A stretch of DNA of 64,000 bases from an uncultured Actinomycetes bacterium. Lineage in GTDB: Bacteria; Actinomycetota; UBA4738; HRBIN12. Below are positions 39,052 to 48,305 of the stretch, one piece after another. The stretch lies in NCBI GenBank assembly GCA_963716935.1, contig CAVQUN010000005.1:384864-448863 (forward strand), written 5' to 3'. The first letter of the stretch is position 1. Every line of letters starts with the position of its first letter. The position numbers and the translations under genes were made by a program. The notes under the pieces are model-generated. The model was given only the letters and a program-made list of their open reading frames with translations, was not told the DNA's origin and searched no databases.

Positions 39052-40414
39052 GTGCAGGCGACGATCCGATCCGAGCAGACGAGCGTGTTCCCCCGCTTCG
39101 CCGACCTCGCCTACCCGAACGTCGAGCGCGGCGACGGCGTCTGGCTCACGACGACCGACGGACGCCGGATCCTCGACGCCTGCTCCGGCGGCGCGATGGT
39201 GACGTGCCTCGGGTACGGGGTCCCCGAGGTGGTGGCGGCCGCGGCCGAGCAGGCCGAACGCATCGCGTACTTCTACAACCACCACTTCACGAGCGAGCCG
39301 CAGGAGCGATTCGCCGAGCGCCTGCTTGCGATCGCCGCCCCGGAGATGGCGCGAGCGCGATTCGTCTCGGGCGGCTCGGAGGCCAACGAGACCGCGCTGC
39401 AGCTGGCGCGCCTGTACCACGTCGAGCGGGGCGAGCCCGAGCGCTGGCGCGTGATCTCGCCGGCGCAGTCCTACCACGGCTCCACGATGGGGACGCTCGC
39501 GCTGAACGGGAGGCCCGCCCTGCAGGAGCCGTTCACTCCCTACCTCGCCGACCACCTGCACCTGCCGCCGTCGACGTCGCGCTTCGACCCGACCGGCGAG
39601 GCCGCGTTGCAGGAGCTGGATCGCCTCCTCGAACGGGCGGGCCCGGGGACGATCGCCGCCTTCCTCGCCGAGCCCGTGAGCGCGGCGGCGCTGCCCGGGT
39701 ACGCGCCGCCGGAGCGGTTCTGGCGAGGCCTCGCCGAGCGTCGCGAGCGGCACGGGTTCCTCGTCTGCCTCGACGAGGTGGTGACCGGCATGGGCCGCGT
39801 CGGGAGCTGGCTCGCGGCGCACCAGCTGCCGATCGAGCCCGACATCGTCGCGGTCGGCAAGGCGCTCGGCGCCGGGTACGCGCCGCTCGGCGCGGTGCTG
39901 TGCCGCCGGCACGTGTACGACGCCCTCGACCGGGGCTCGCGCGAGTTCGACCTCGGCCATACGTGGGACGGCGCCCCGCTGTCCACCGCGGTCGGGCTCG
40001 CGGTGCTCGACCAGCTCGAAAGCCGGGGCCTGGTCGACCGCGTGCGCGATCGCGGGCCGGCCCTGCGGCAGGAGCTCGCGTCGGCGCTCGCGGGCTTCGG
40101 CGTCGTCGGCGAGGTTCGCGGCCGCGGCTTCCTCCTCGGCGTCGAGCTCGTCGACCCGCGCGACGCGCACGTCGTTCCTGCCGGTCGAGCTCGACGCCGC
40201 GACGATCGTCGACGACCTCGCGCTCGAACACGGCCTCCTCGTCACGTCGACGCATCCCCAGGCGGACGGCTACGCGGGCGACCAGACGCTCCTCGCCCCC
40301 GCCTACACGAGCACCGACGCCGAGCTCGCCGAGATGGTCGAGCGGTTCGCCGCGACGATCGGCGAGGTCGAGCGCGTTCTCGGGCGGACGCTCTCCGGCA
40401 CGAACGCGCCATGA
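39052..40414 (+). pseudogene. Class III aminotransferase 2, apparently +1 frameshifted near 40165
   Basis: Paralogue of aminotransferase 1. Homology runs in frame 1 to ...GVELVDPRDA, then continues in frame 2 (SFLPVELDAATIVDDLALEHGLLVTSTHPQADGYAGDQTLLAPAYT...) to TGA 40412-40414. Frame 1 instead reads an Arg-rich tract into the next gene. Confidence 0.6.
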
Positions 40415-41700
40415 GCGAGCCCCTCGGCGAGTTCATCCTCCTCGGCATGCCCGACGTGAACGGCTCGCTCCGCGGCAAGGCGCTGCGACCCGAGGCGTTC
40501 GAGTCGGCGCTCCGGCACGGGACGGTGATGACGGACCTCCTGCTCGGCCTCGACCCGGTCGACACGCCGATCGCCGACTACGAGCGGTTCGGGATCCGAA
40601 CCGGCGCCGCGGACCTCGTCGTGCACCCGGATCCGGAGACGCTGCACCCGTTGCGATGGCGGCCCGGGTGGCGGGTCTGCCTCGCCACGCCGACCTGGCC
40701 CGACGGCTCGCCCTGCGAGCTCGCCTCGCGAGAGGTGCTACGCCACGTCCTCGACGGCGTCGCCGAGCTGGGGTTCGAGGTGCTCGCCGCGTTCGAGTAC
40801 GAGATCCGGATCTGGGACGCGAACGGCGATCCCCTGTCGAGCGGCATCAGCTACAGCCTCACGGAGATCGACCGCTACGCCGCGTTCGCGTCCGAGCTCG
40901 CCCCGGCGCTTCGAGAGCTCGGGATCGAGCTCTCGGCGGTCCACACCGAGGCCGGGCCGGGACTCCTCGAGCTGAACCTCACGCCCGGGCGCGGCCTTCG
41001 CGCCGCCGACGACGCCGCGTTGGTCAAGTTCGCCGCCAAGCAGCTCGCCGCGTCGATGGGGCTGCGCGCGAGCTTCCTCGCCAAGACGGTTCCGGGAGAG
41101 GAGGGATCGAGCGGCCATCTCCACGTCTCGCTGTGGAACGGCGACGCGAACGCCTTCGCCGCGTCGGACCTCACCCATCCTCTGCCGCCTGCCTTCGACG
41201 CCGCGGTGGCCGGCGTCCTCGACCACCTCCCGGCCGCGTCTTTGCTGCTGAACCCGACGATCAACTCGTACAAGCGGCTCGTCCCGGGATGGTTCGCGCC
41301 GATCAACGCAACCTGGGGGTTCGAGAACCGCTCGTGCGCCGTCCGCGTCATCCGGTCGACCCGGCCCGAGCTGTGGCGGTTCGAGTGCCGGCGCCCCGGC
41401 GCCGACGCCAACCCGTATCTCGCGCTCGCGGCGCTCGTCGCCTCGGTCGCCGACGGCCTCCGGCGCGGGGCGACGCCGCCGGCGCCCGTCGAGGGCGACG
41501 CCTACGCGCGCGACGACCTCCCGGAGCTGCCCGGCTCCCTCGAGGCGGCGCTCGGGGCCTTCGAGGCCGACGCGGTCCTGCGACGCGAGCTCGGCGAGCG
41601 GTTCGCCGAGTACTACGCCACGTCCCGGGCCTGGGAGCTCAAGGCGTGGCGCGAGACGGTCACCGACTGGGAGCGCGAGCGCTACGACCGCGCGGTGTAG
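40411..41700 (+). CDS. Glutamine synthetase-family protein 4
   Basis: ATG 40411 overlaps the frame-2 stop of the upstream aminotransferase (ATGA). GS catalytic motifs (AAFEYEIRIW, GHLHVSLWN, ADANPYLALAA). Confidence 0.85.
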   Translation: MSEPLGEFILLGMPDVNGSLRGKALRPEAFESALRHGTVMTDLLLGLDPVDTPIADYERFGIRTGAADLVVHPDPETLHPLRWRPGWRVCLATPTWPDGSPCELASREVLRHVLDGVAELGFEVLAAFEYEIRIWDANGDPLSSGISYSLTEIDRYAAFASELAPALRELGIELSAVHTEAGPGLLELNLTPGRGLRAADDAALVKFAAKQLAASMGLRASFLAKTVPGEEGSSGHLHVSLWNGDANAFAASDLTHPLPPAFDAAVAGVLDHLPAASLLLNPTINSYKRLVPGWFAPINATWGFENRSCAVRVIRSTRPELWRFECRRPGADANPYLALAALVASVADGLRRGATPPAPVEGDAYARDDLPELPGSLEAALGAFEADAVLRRELGERFAEYYATSRAWELKAWRETVTDWERERYDRAV

Positions 41701-41706
41701 GACCCG

Positions 41707-43005
41707 ATGACCCCGTACCGGCCGCTCGTCGCCGTCGTCGCCTACCACCTCGCCGACGATCGGGTGCCCCGATGGCCGCATGGCGGCTACGGCGTCCCCG
41801 GTCCCTACCTCGACTGCCTCCGGCGGGCCGGCGCCCGCACCGCCATCCTGTCCCCCGGGGAAACGGGATCGCCGCAGGAGCTCCTCGATCCCTTCGACGC
41901 GCTCCTGCTCGTCGGGGGCGGCGACGTCGATCCCGAGCGGTACGCGCAGGCGCCGGGCGAGCACGTGTACGGCGTCGAGGAAGACCGCGACGCGTTCGAG
42001 ATCGACCTCCTGCGAGCCGCCGACGCGATAGGCGTGCCCACCCTGTGTATCTGCCGCGGCATGCAGGTCATGAACGTCGCGTTCGGTGGCACGCTCCTGC
42101 AGCATCTCCCGGTGGTACCGGGCCTCCTCGAGCACGGCGTGCCGGTCCAGGACATCCAGTCGCTGCACGACGTGCGGACGGACCCCGGGAGCCGCCTGCG
42201 GGCGACGGCCGGCGTCGAGACGCTGACGTGCTCGTCGCACCACCATCAGGGCGTCGATCGCGTCGGGGAGGGGTTGCGGGCCACGGGGTGGAGCGAGGAC
42301 GGGCTCGTCGAGGCGATCGAGCGCGAGCCGGGGGGCGGGGCGGACGATCGCCCGTTCGAGGCCGGATGGATGGTGGGCGTGCAGTGGCATCCGGAGGACA
42401 CGGCCGACGGCGACGCCGCACAGCAATCGCTGTTCGACGCGCTCGCGGTCCTCGGCCACGTTCGCGGCACGCGCGCCCGGCCCGGCCTTCGCGCCGGACG
42501 GAGCCGCGCCTACGAGCTGGTCGAGCCCGATCCGGCGTGGGCGGCGATGTTCGAAGAGGAGGCGGATCGGATCCGGGCCGCGCTCGGGCCGGTGGCCGTT
42601 CGCGTGGACCACGTCGGCTCGACGGCGGTTCCCGGGCTCGCGGCCAAGCCGACCATCGACATCCAGGTGTCGGTCGACGCGATGGTGCCGCGCGCCCGCT
42701 TCGTCGAGCCGCTCATCGCCCTTGGGTACGAGTTCGTCGTCGACCCCACCGACACCGAGCACCAGTACCTCCGGCGGGAGATCGACGGCGTGCGCAAGCA
42801 CCAGATTCACGTCTGCGCGGCGGGCGGCGAGTGGGAGGCTCGGCACCTGCGGTTTCGAGACCACCTTCGAGCCCATCCCGAGGACGCCGCCGCATACGAG
42901 GAGCTGAAACGGCGGCTCGTGCGCGAGCACCCGAACGACGTCATGACGTACGTCGACGGCAAGACGCCGTTCATCCGCCGGATCGAGGCGCTCGCCGACC
43001 CGTAG
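41707..43005 (+). CDS. Fusion protein: peptidase C26/class I GATase (PuuD-like gamma-glutamyl hydrolase) + GrpB-family domain
   Basis: N-terminal half has the C26 triad context (LCICRGMQ nucleophile, HHQG, WHPE). C-terminal half has GrpB motifs (VDHVGSTAVPGLAAKPTIDIQV, HQIHVC, FRDHLRAHPE). Confidence 0.8.
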   Translation: MTPYRPLVAVVAYHLADDRVPRWPHGGYGVPGPYLDCLRRAGARTAILSPGETGSPQELLDPFDALLLVGGGDVDPERYAQAPGEHVYGVEEDRDAFEIDLLRAADAIGVPTLCICRGMQVMNVAFGGTLLQHLPVVPGLLEHGVPVQDIQSLHDVRTDPGSRLRATAGVETLTCSSHHHQGVDRVGEGLRATGWSEDGLVEAIEREPGGGADDRPFEAGWMVGVQWHPEDTADGDAAQQSLFDALAVLGHVRGTRARPGLRAGRSRAYELVEPDPAWAAMFEEEADRIRAALGPVAVRVDHVGSTAVPGLAAKPTIDIQVSVDAMVPRARFVEPLIALGYEFVVDPTDTEHQYLRREIDGVRKHQIHVCAAGGEWEARHLRFRDHLRAHPEDAAAYEELKRRLVREHPNDVMTYVDGKTPFIRRIEALADP

Positions 43006-43097
43006 CGAGCCCGGCGCGCAAGCCCCGGCGCTCCCCCATCCGCCGAGTCGCCGAGGCTACGCTGTCCGTTCCGGGTGACGGCGAGGGCGGAGCTGCG

Positions 43098-44201
43098 ATG
43101 GGCGAGTTGAGAATCGTTCGGGCCGAAGGGGATCCCAACGCGCGCGGGCAGCAGATCGGGCGCGAGCTCCGCGACCTCCTCAACGAGTCCGTCGACTTCT
43201 ACCACCGCTACCTGTCTCGTCGCGGGGTCAGCTCGCAAGGGCTCCAGGACGTCCTCACGCCGTATCTCGTCGCCGCCGAGGGCCAGTTCCCCGCGTTCAT
43301 GGCGACGCTGAAGGGGATGTCCGTCGGCGCGATGGTCCCGGTCCTGGAGCTGTTCGCGATCAACGCGTTCGAGGAGCTGGAGCCGATGCTCGAGACGCCC
43401 GAGGGGGCGCTGCGATTCCTTCAGCGGAAGGAGGGCTACCTCGAGCCGCCGTCGCCGCCGATCGAACGCTGCTCCAGCTTCACGGTGACCGGACCCGACG
43501 CGACGATCCTCGCGCACAACGAGCACTGGCTGGCCGGCGACCTCGGCAACATCGCGCTGGTCGTGGACATCCCCGACGACCGCCCCGTTCGCGTGGCCTC
43601 GCCGACCGTCGTCTGCTGCCTGCCGGCCGTGGGGATGAACAGTCACGGCGCCGCGCAGGGCATCGGGTCGCTGACGGCCTCCGACGACGGCGTCGGCGTG
43701 CCGCGCGTGCTGGTGTCCCGGCACTCATTGGAGGCGATGGACCGGGGGGACGCGGTCGCGCGAGCGGGGCTGCCGTCTCGTGCGGGCGGGTACGGGCACA
43801 CCTTCGCGTTCCCCGGCGGCGACGCCTTCGTCGTGGAGACCACCGCGACCGCGCTCGCGGTCGTCGACGAGCCGGCGATCCACACGAACCACTACCTGGA
43901 CCCGGGCCTCGCGCAGCTCGGGCCCGAGCCCTCGGCGGGCAGCCGGGCTCGGTACGCCCGGATCGAGCAGCTGCTCGCCGAGCGATCCCCGCGAACGGTG
44001 CCCGAGGTGATGGATATCCTGCGCGACCACGGCTCTTCTCCTCAGGCGATCTGCCTGCACCCTGACCCCGCCGAGGGCGACGAGGCCTCGGCCGTGCTGT
44101 TCTCGATGGTCGCGGAGCTGGAGGAGGGCAGGATGTGGGTCGCCGCCGGCAACCCGTGCGAGAACGAGTACGAGGAGATCGACCTCGCCGGCGTGCTCTG
44201 A
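43098..44201 (+). CDS. Peptidase C45-family Ntn hydrolase / acyl-CoA:6-APA acyltransferase-like protein
   Basis: ATG 43098. Putative autoproteolytic nucleophile (ERCSSF) and a NEHW block resembling the C45 NEDW region. It is the C-terminal portion of a 1771-aa artefactual ORF. Confidence 0.65.
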   Translation: MGELRIVRAEGDPNARGQQIGRELRDLLNESVDFYHRYLSRRGVSSQGLQDVLTPYLVAAEGQFPAFMATLKGMSVGAMVPVLELFAINAFEELEPMLETPEGALRFLQRKEGYLEPPSPPIERCSSFTVTGPDATILAHNEHWLAGDLGNIALVVDIPDDRPVRVASPTVVCCLPAVGMNSHGAAQGIGSLTASDDGVGVPRVLVSRHSLEAMDRGDAVARAGLPSRAGGYGHTFAFPGGDAFVVETTATALAVVDEPAIHTNHYLDPGLAQLGPEPSAGSRARYARIEQLLAERSPRTVPEVMDILRDHGSSPQAICLHPDPAEGDEASAVLFSMVAELEEGRMWVAAGNPCENEYEEIDLAGVL

Positions 44202-44427
44202 GCTTCGCTGACCTGCGGTCAGTTTCGGAGCAATCGAACCGCTGCTGCCTGCCGAATCGGTGGCTACCGAAGCGCTCGGGGTCCGTGCTATACAGACCGC
44301 CGATGCCGGATCCCGCGCGGCTCGTCGTCCCGGACGGCAATCGCGCGCAACTCCGGCGGTCGCGCGCGTCCGTAGGCCTCGAGGGGGGTCCGCGGCGAAC
44401 CGGGGACGGCCGGAAGGAGGAGGCGCG

Positions 44428-46311
44428 ATGAGGGGCTCCAGGGGCAGGTTCGGGATCGCGGTGGCGCTCGTCACGATCCTCGCGACGGGGGCGTTCGCGA
44501 GCGTGGCCCTCGCGCAGGACACCGGGTCGACCGGGTCGACCGGGAGCGACGGCGGTGCGCCCGTCCGGTTCACCTGGGGATCGTCCAGCGAGCCGAGCTC
44601 GCTGAACCCGATGGCGGGCTATCTCGGGACGGACTTCTACTTCTGGACGGCGAGCTACCACCTGCTGGTCAACTTCGACCAGAACCTCGGCGCACGCCCC
44701 GGGCTCGCGACCGACATCGAGACGAGCCCCGACAACATGCAGTTCACGTACACGATCCGCGACGACGTCACCTGGTCCGACGGCGAACCCCTCACCGCCG
44801 AGGACGTCGCGTTCACCCTGAACCTGTACAAGTTCAACCACGCGTACCTGCCGCAGGGCTACCTGACGCTGATCGACGGCGAGGTGACGGCGCCCGACGC
44901 CACCCACGTCACGTTCCGCACCAAGGAGCCGACCGGCCTATACAGCGGACAGTTCCCCTACATGTACGACTACATCCTGCCCAAGCACGTGTTCGAGGGC
45001 ATCGACAAGCCGAAGCAGTACGAGAACGTGCCGCAGGTGGCGAGCGGCCCATTCATGATCACCGACTACCAGATCGGCGAGTTCGTGCAGCTCGAGAAGA
45101 ACCCGTACTGGACCGGCCCCGAGCCCGCGGTCGACGAGCTCATCTATCGCATCTACAAGAACGAGGACGCGCTCGCACAGGCGCTCAAGCAGGGTGAGAT
45201 CGACTTCGCCTACTTCTCGTCGGCAAACATCTACAACTCGCTCATCGACCAGCCGAACATCGGCACGATGGCCGGCAGCGTGCCGGCCTTCGACGAGATC
45301 GGGATGAACACGGGATCCGCATATCAGGATCCCTCCGGCGACTTCGTCCCGCACGGCGATGGCCATCCCGCACTCACCGACGTCACCGTCCGGCGCGCCA
45401 TCCGGATGGCGATCAACAGCGAGGACCTCACGCAGAAGGTGCTCCTTGGGTACGGCATCCCGGGGGACACCATCATTCCGCCCGTCTCCGTCCCCGGGGC
45501 GAGATGGACGCCGACGGGCGACGACGTCATCCCCTGGGACATCCCCGGGGCGAACCAGCTCCTCGACGACGCCGGCTACGTCGATACCGACGGAGACGGC
45601 GTCCGGGAGATGCCGCCCGGCTCGCTCGAGCCCGGCCGCCCGCTCGAGTTCCGGTACTACGTGCGGACGAGCGAACAGACCTCCATCGACGCCTCCCCGT
45701 TCGTCTCCGAGTGGCTGAGCCAGATCGGGATCAAGGCCAACGTCGAGGCGGTGACCTCGAACTCCCTCGGCGACATCATCAACGCGGGGACGTACGACCT
45801 GTTCTCGTGGGGCTGGCTGCCCGACCCCGATCCCTCGGGCCAGCTCAACGTGTTCACGTGCGTCGAGCGCCCGCCCGACGGCAGCACCTACGGCAACAAC
45901 GACCCCTATTACTGCAACCCGCAGTACGACGATCTGTACCAACAGCAACTATCTGAGCTCGACCCCGACAAGCGGTTAGAGATCGCCCACGAGATGCAGA
46001 AGATCTTCTACGAGGACTCCGCGTATGCGGTCATGTGGTACGAGCCGCTCTTCCAGGCCTACCGAACCGATCGCTTCACGGGGTACGCCCCACAGCCCGA
46101 GCCGAAGGGCGACCTGCTCCAGGGCTACGGCGGACCGAGCGACATCTGGACGACGCTCAAGCCCGTGAGCGCCTCCGAGGGAGGGACCACGAGCTCCGAG
46201 GAATCGCGCGGGATCCCGGCGGCTGTGTGGCTCGGCGCGGTGGCCCTGGTCGCCATCATCGTCGTGGTCATGGTCGTGCGGGGTCGCCGCCCCGACGAGG
46301 ACGAGGCATAG
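44428..46311 (+). CDS. ABC transporter substrate-binding protein, family 5 (peptide/opine/nickel type), with Sec signal and C-terminal TM anchor
   Basis: SBP_bac_5 architecture. ATG 44428 behind RBS GGAAGGAGGAGG. N-terminal signal peptide, Ser/Thr/Gly linker, and a C-terminal hydrophobic helix followed by RGRRPDEDEA. Confidence 0.85.
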   Translation: MRGSRGRFGIAVALVTILATGAFASVALAQDTGSTGSTGSDGGAPVRFTWGSSSEPSSLNPMAGYLGTDFYFWTASYHLLVNFDQNLGARPGLATDIETSPDNMQFTYTIRDDVTWSDGEPLTAEDVAFTLNLYKFNHAYLPQGYLTLIDGEVTAPDATHVTFRTKEPTGLYSGQFPYMYDYILPKHVFEGIDKPKQYENVPQVASGPFMITDYQIGEFVQLEKNPYWTGPEPAVDELIYRIYKNEDALAQALKQGEIDFAYFSSANIYNSLIDQPNIGTMAGSVPAFDEIGMNTGSAYQDPSGDFVPHGDGHPALTDVTVRRAIRMAINSEDLTQKVLLGYGIPGDTIIPPVSVPGARWTPTGDDVIPWDIPGANQLLDDAGYVDTDGDGVREMPPGSLEPGRPLEFRYYVRTSEQTSIDASPFVSEWLSQIGIKANVEAVTSNSLGDIINAGTYDLFSWGWLPDPDPSGQLNVFTCVERPPDGSTYGNNDPYYCNPQYDDLYQQQLSELDPDKRLEIAHEMQKIFYEDSAYAVMWYEPLFQAYRTDRFTGYAPQPEPKGDLLQGYGGPSDIWTTLKPVSASEGGTTSSEESRGIPAAVWLGAVALVAIIVVVMVVRGRRPDEDEA

Positions 46312-46342
46312 GAGCGTTCGAAGGAGGCCCGCCCGAACCGTC

Positions 46343-47326
46343 ATGCGCGGCTACCTGGTCGGCAAGGTCCTGCAGGCCTTCCTCACGCTGCTGTTCGTCG
46401 TGGCCTTCAACTTCTTCCTGTTCCGGATCGTTCCCGGCGACCCCGCGGCGCTGCTCCTGCGCGGCACGTCCGCCTACAACCCCGAGAGCGTCGAGGCCCT
46501 CCGGCACGACCTCGGCCTGGACAAGCCGCTCCCGCAGCAGTTCGTCATCTACATCAAGGACACGTTCACGCTGAACTTCGGGCAGTCGTTCTTCCTGCGG
46601 GGGGCGCCGGTCTACGACGTCATCCGCGACAAGGTCTGGCCCACGGTGCTGCTGGTCGGCACCTCGACGATCGCGTCCGCCGTGATCGGCCTCATCATCG
46701 GCATCTACGGCGGCTGGAAACGCGGGAGCTCGTTTGACGTCGGGTCCCTCGGGTTCACGCTGTTCGTCTACGCCATGCCCGAGTTCTGGTTCGGGATCCT
46801 CGTCCTCATGGCGTTCGCCGGGGGGGTGGGGCCCTTCCCTGCCTTGTTCCCCACCGGGGGGTACGAGACCCCCGCATCCGGGCTCACGGGGATGGCACAC
46901 GTCGTCGACGTCCTGAACCACATGGTCCTGCCGTTCTTCGTCCTCACCGTGGCTTATCTGGGCGAGTACTCGCTCATCATGCGGAACTCGCTCATCGACG
47001 TGATGAACGACGACTTCGTCCAAACGGCGCGAGCCAAGGGCGTGCGCGAGAAGAAGGTGCTGTGGGACCACGTCGTTCCCAACGCGGCGCTCCCCACCCT
47101 CACCCTCACGCTGCTGTCCCTCGGGTTCGTCTTCTCCGGAGCCATCACCATCGAGTACGTCTTCTCGTGGCCCGGTCTCGGGTGGCTCACCGTGCAGGCC
47201 ATCGACGCCAACGACTACGCGTTGCTCCAGGGGCTCTTCTTCCTGTTCTCGGCGGCGGTGATCGTCGCGAACCTGCTCGCGGACGTCCTGTACTCGTACC
47301 TCGATCCCCGCGTGAGGGCGGCCTAG
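46343..47326 (+). CDS. ABC transporter permease (DppB/OppB-like)
   Basis: BPD_transp_1 family, with an N-terminal conserved region typical of DppB. Confidence 0.88.
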   Translation: MRGYLVGKVLQAFLTLLFVVAFNFFLFRIVPGDPAALLLRGTSAYNPESVEALRHDLGLDKPLPQQFVIYIKDTFTLNFGQSFFLRGAPVYDVIRDKVWPTVLLVGTSTIASAVIGLIIGIYGGWKRGSSFDVGSLGFTLFVYAMPEFWFGILVLMAFAGGVGPFPALFPTGGYETPASGLTGMAHVVDVLNHMVLPFFVLTVAYLGEYSLIMRNSLIDVMNDDFVQTARAKGVREKKVLWDHVVPNAALPTLTLTLLSLGFVFSGAITIEYVFSWPGLGWLTVQAIDANDYALLQGLFFLFSAAVIVANLLADVLYSYLDPRVRAA

Positions 47327-47327
47327 C

Positions 47328-48305
47328 ATGCGCCCGTCCGAGCCGATGGGGCACGTCCTCGACGCGCCGCCGGCCGGCAGCGAGCTCGAGCCCGGCCCGC
47401 CCGCAGAACCGCCCCGATCCGGGCGCTCGATCGTCTGGTCGCGGCGCCGGCGCTCGGCCAAGCGGATCTGGGCGGTCTACCGCAAGAGCAAGATGGGGAT
47501 GTGGGGGCTGTACATCCTCGCCTTCTTCATCCTCGTGGCGATCTTCGCGCCGCTCATCGCGCCCCGCGAGGCGCTGAACGCGACCTGCCCGTGCAACGGC
47601 GTCCCGTTCAGCCCGCCGAGCCCGGGGTTCCCGTTCGGCACCGACAACTTCGGGCGCTCGGTCTTCGCGCTGACCGTCTGGGGAACGCGGATCTCGCTCA
47701 CGGTCGGGCTGCTCGCCACGGCGATCTCCATGGTGATCGGCTCGCTGATCGGCATCGTGGCCGGCTACTACGGCCGGTGGCCCGAGTCGGTGTTGATGCG
47801 CCTCACGGACTGGTTCCTCGTGATCCCGTTCCTGCCGCTCGCGATCGTGCTCGCGTCCATCCTCGGGCAATCGCTGGGGGTGATCATCCTCGTCATCGGG
47901 ATCACCTCGTGGCCGAGCACCGCCCGCATCATCCGGGCACAGGTGCTGTCCGTGAAGACGCGAGCGTACGTCGAGCGCGGTCAGGCGCTCGGCGCCAGCG
48001 GCTGGCATACAGTCTCCCGCCACATCCTGCCGAACGTCGGTCCGCTGATCCTTGCGAACACGATCCTGACGATCGCGATCGCGATCCTGTCGGAAACCAC
48101 CCTGGCGTTCCTCGGCCTCGGTGACCCGCTCACGATCTCCTGGGGCCGCATCCTCGAGTTCGCCTTCGGCGCCGGCGCGGCCGGAGCCGGGCAGTGGTGG
48201 TGGCTCGTCCCGCCCGGGCTCGCGATCGTCTTCGTCGTGCTGGCGTTCACGATGTGCGGGTTCGCCCTCGACGAGATCGTCAACCCGAAGCTGCGCCGGC
48301 GATGA
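47328..48305 (+). CDS. ABC transporter permease (DppC/OppC-like)
   Basis: BPD_transp_1 family with the EAA-like loop. The next gene starts in an ATGA overlap. Confidence 0.85.
   Translation: MRPSEPMGHVLDAPPAGSELEPGPPAEPPRSGRSIVWSRRRRSAKRIWAVYRKSKMGMWGLYILAFFILVAIFAPLIAPREALNATCPCNGVPFSPPSPGFPFGTDNFGRSVFALTVWGTRISLTVGLLATAISMVIGSLIGIVAGYYGRWPESVLMRLTDWFLVIPFLPLAIVLASILGQSLGVIILVIGITSWPSTARIIRAQVLSVKTRAYVERGQALGASGWHTVSRHILPNVGPLILANTILTIAIAILSETTLAFLGLGDPLTISWGRILEFAFGAGAAGAGQWWWLVPPGLAIVFVVLAFTMCGFALDEIVNPKLRRR

Noticed and set aside
38886-44201. 1771-aa ORF on the plus strand spanning the aminotransferase/GS/GATase genes
   Set aside because: Extremely Arg/Ala/Gly/Pro-rich, with no domain-like sequence until its last 367 aa (the C45 gene). 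It lies in alternative frames over several well-supported genes. Classic high-GC open-frame artefact.
43480-44907. 475-aa minus-strand ORF between the C45 gene and the ABC SBP
   Set aside because: Arg/Pro-rich, with no start-proximal RBS. It overlaps two supported plus-strand genes and the intergenic promoter region.
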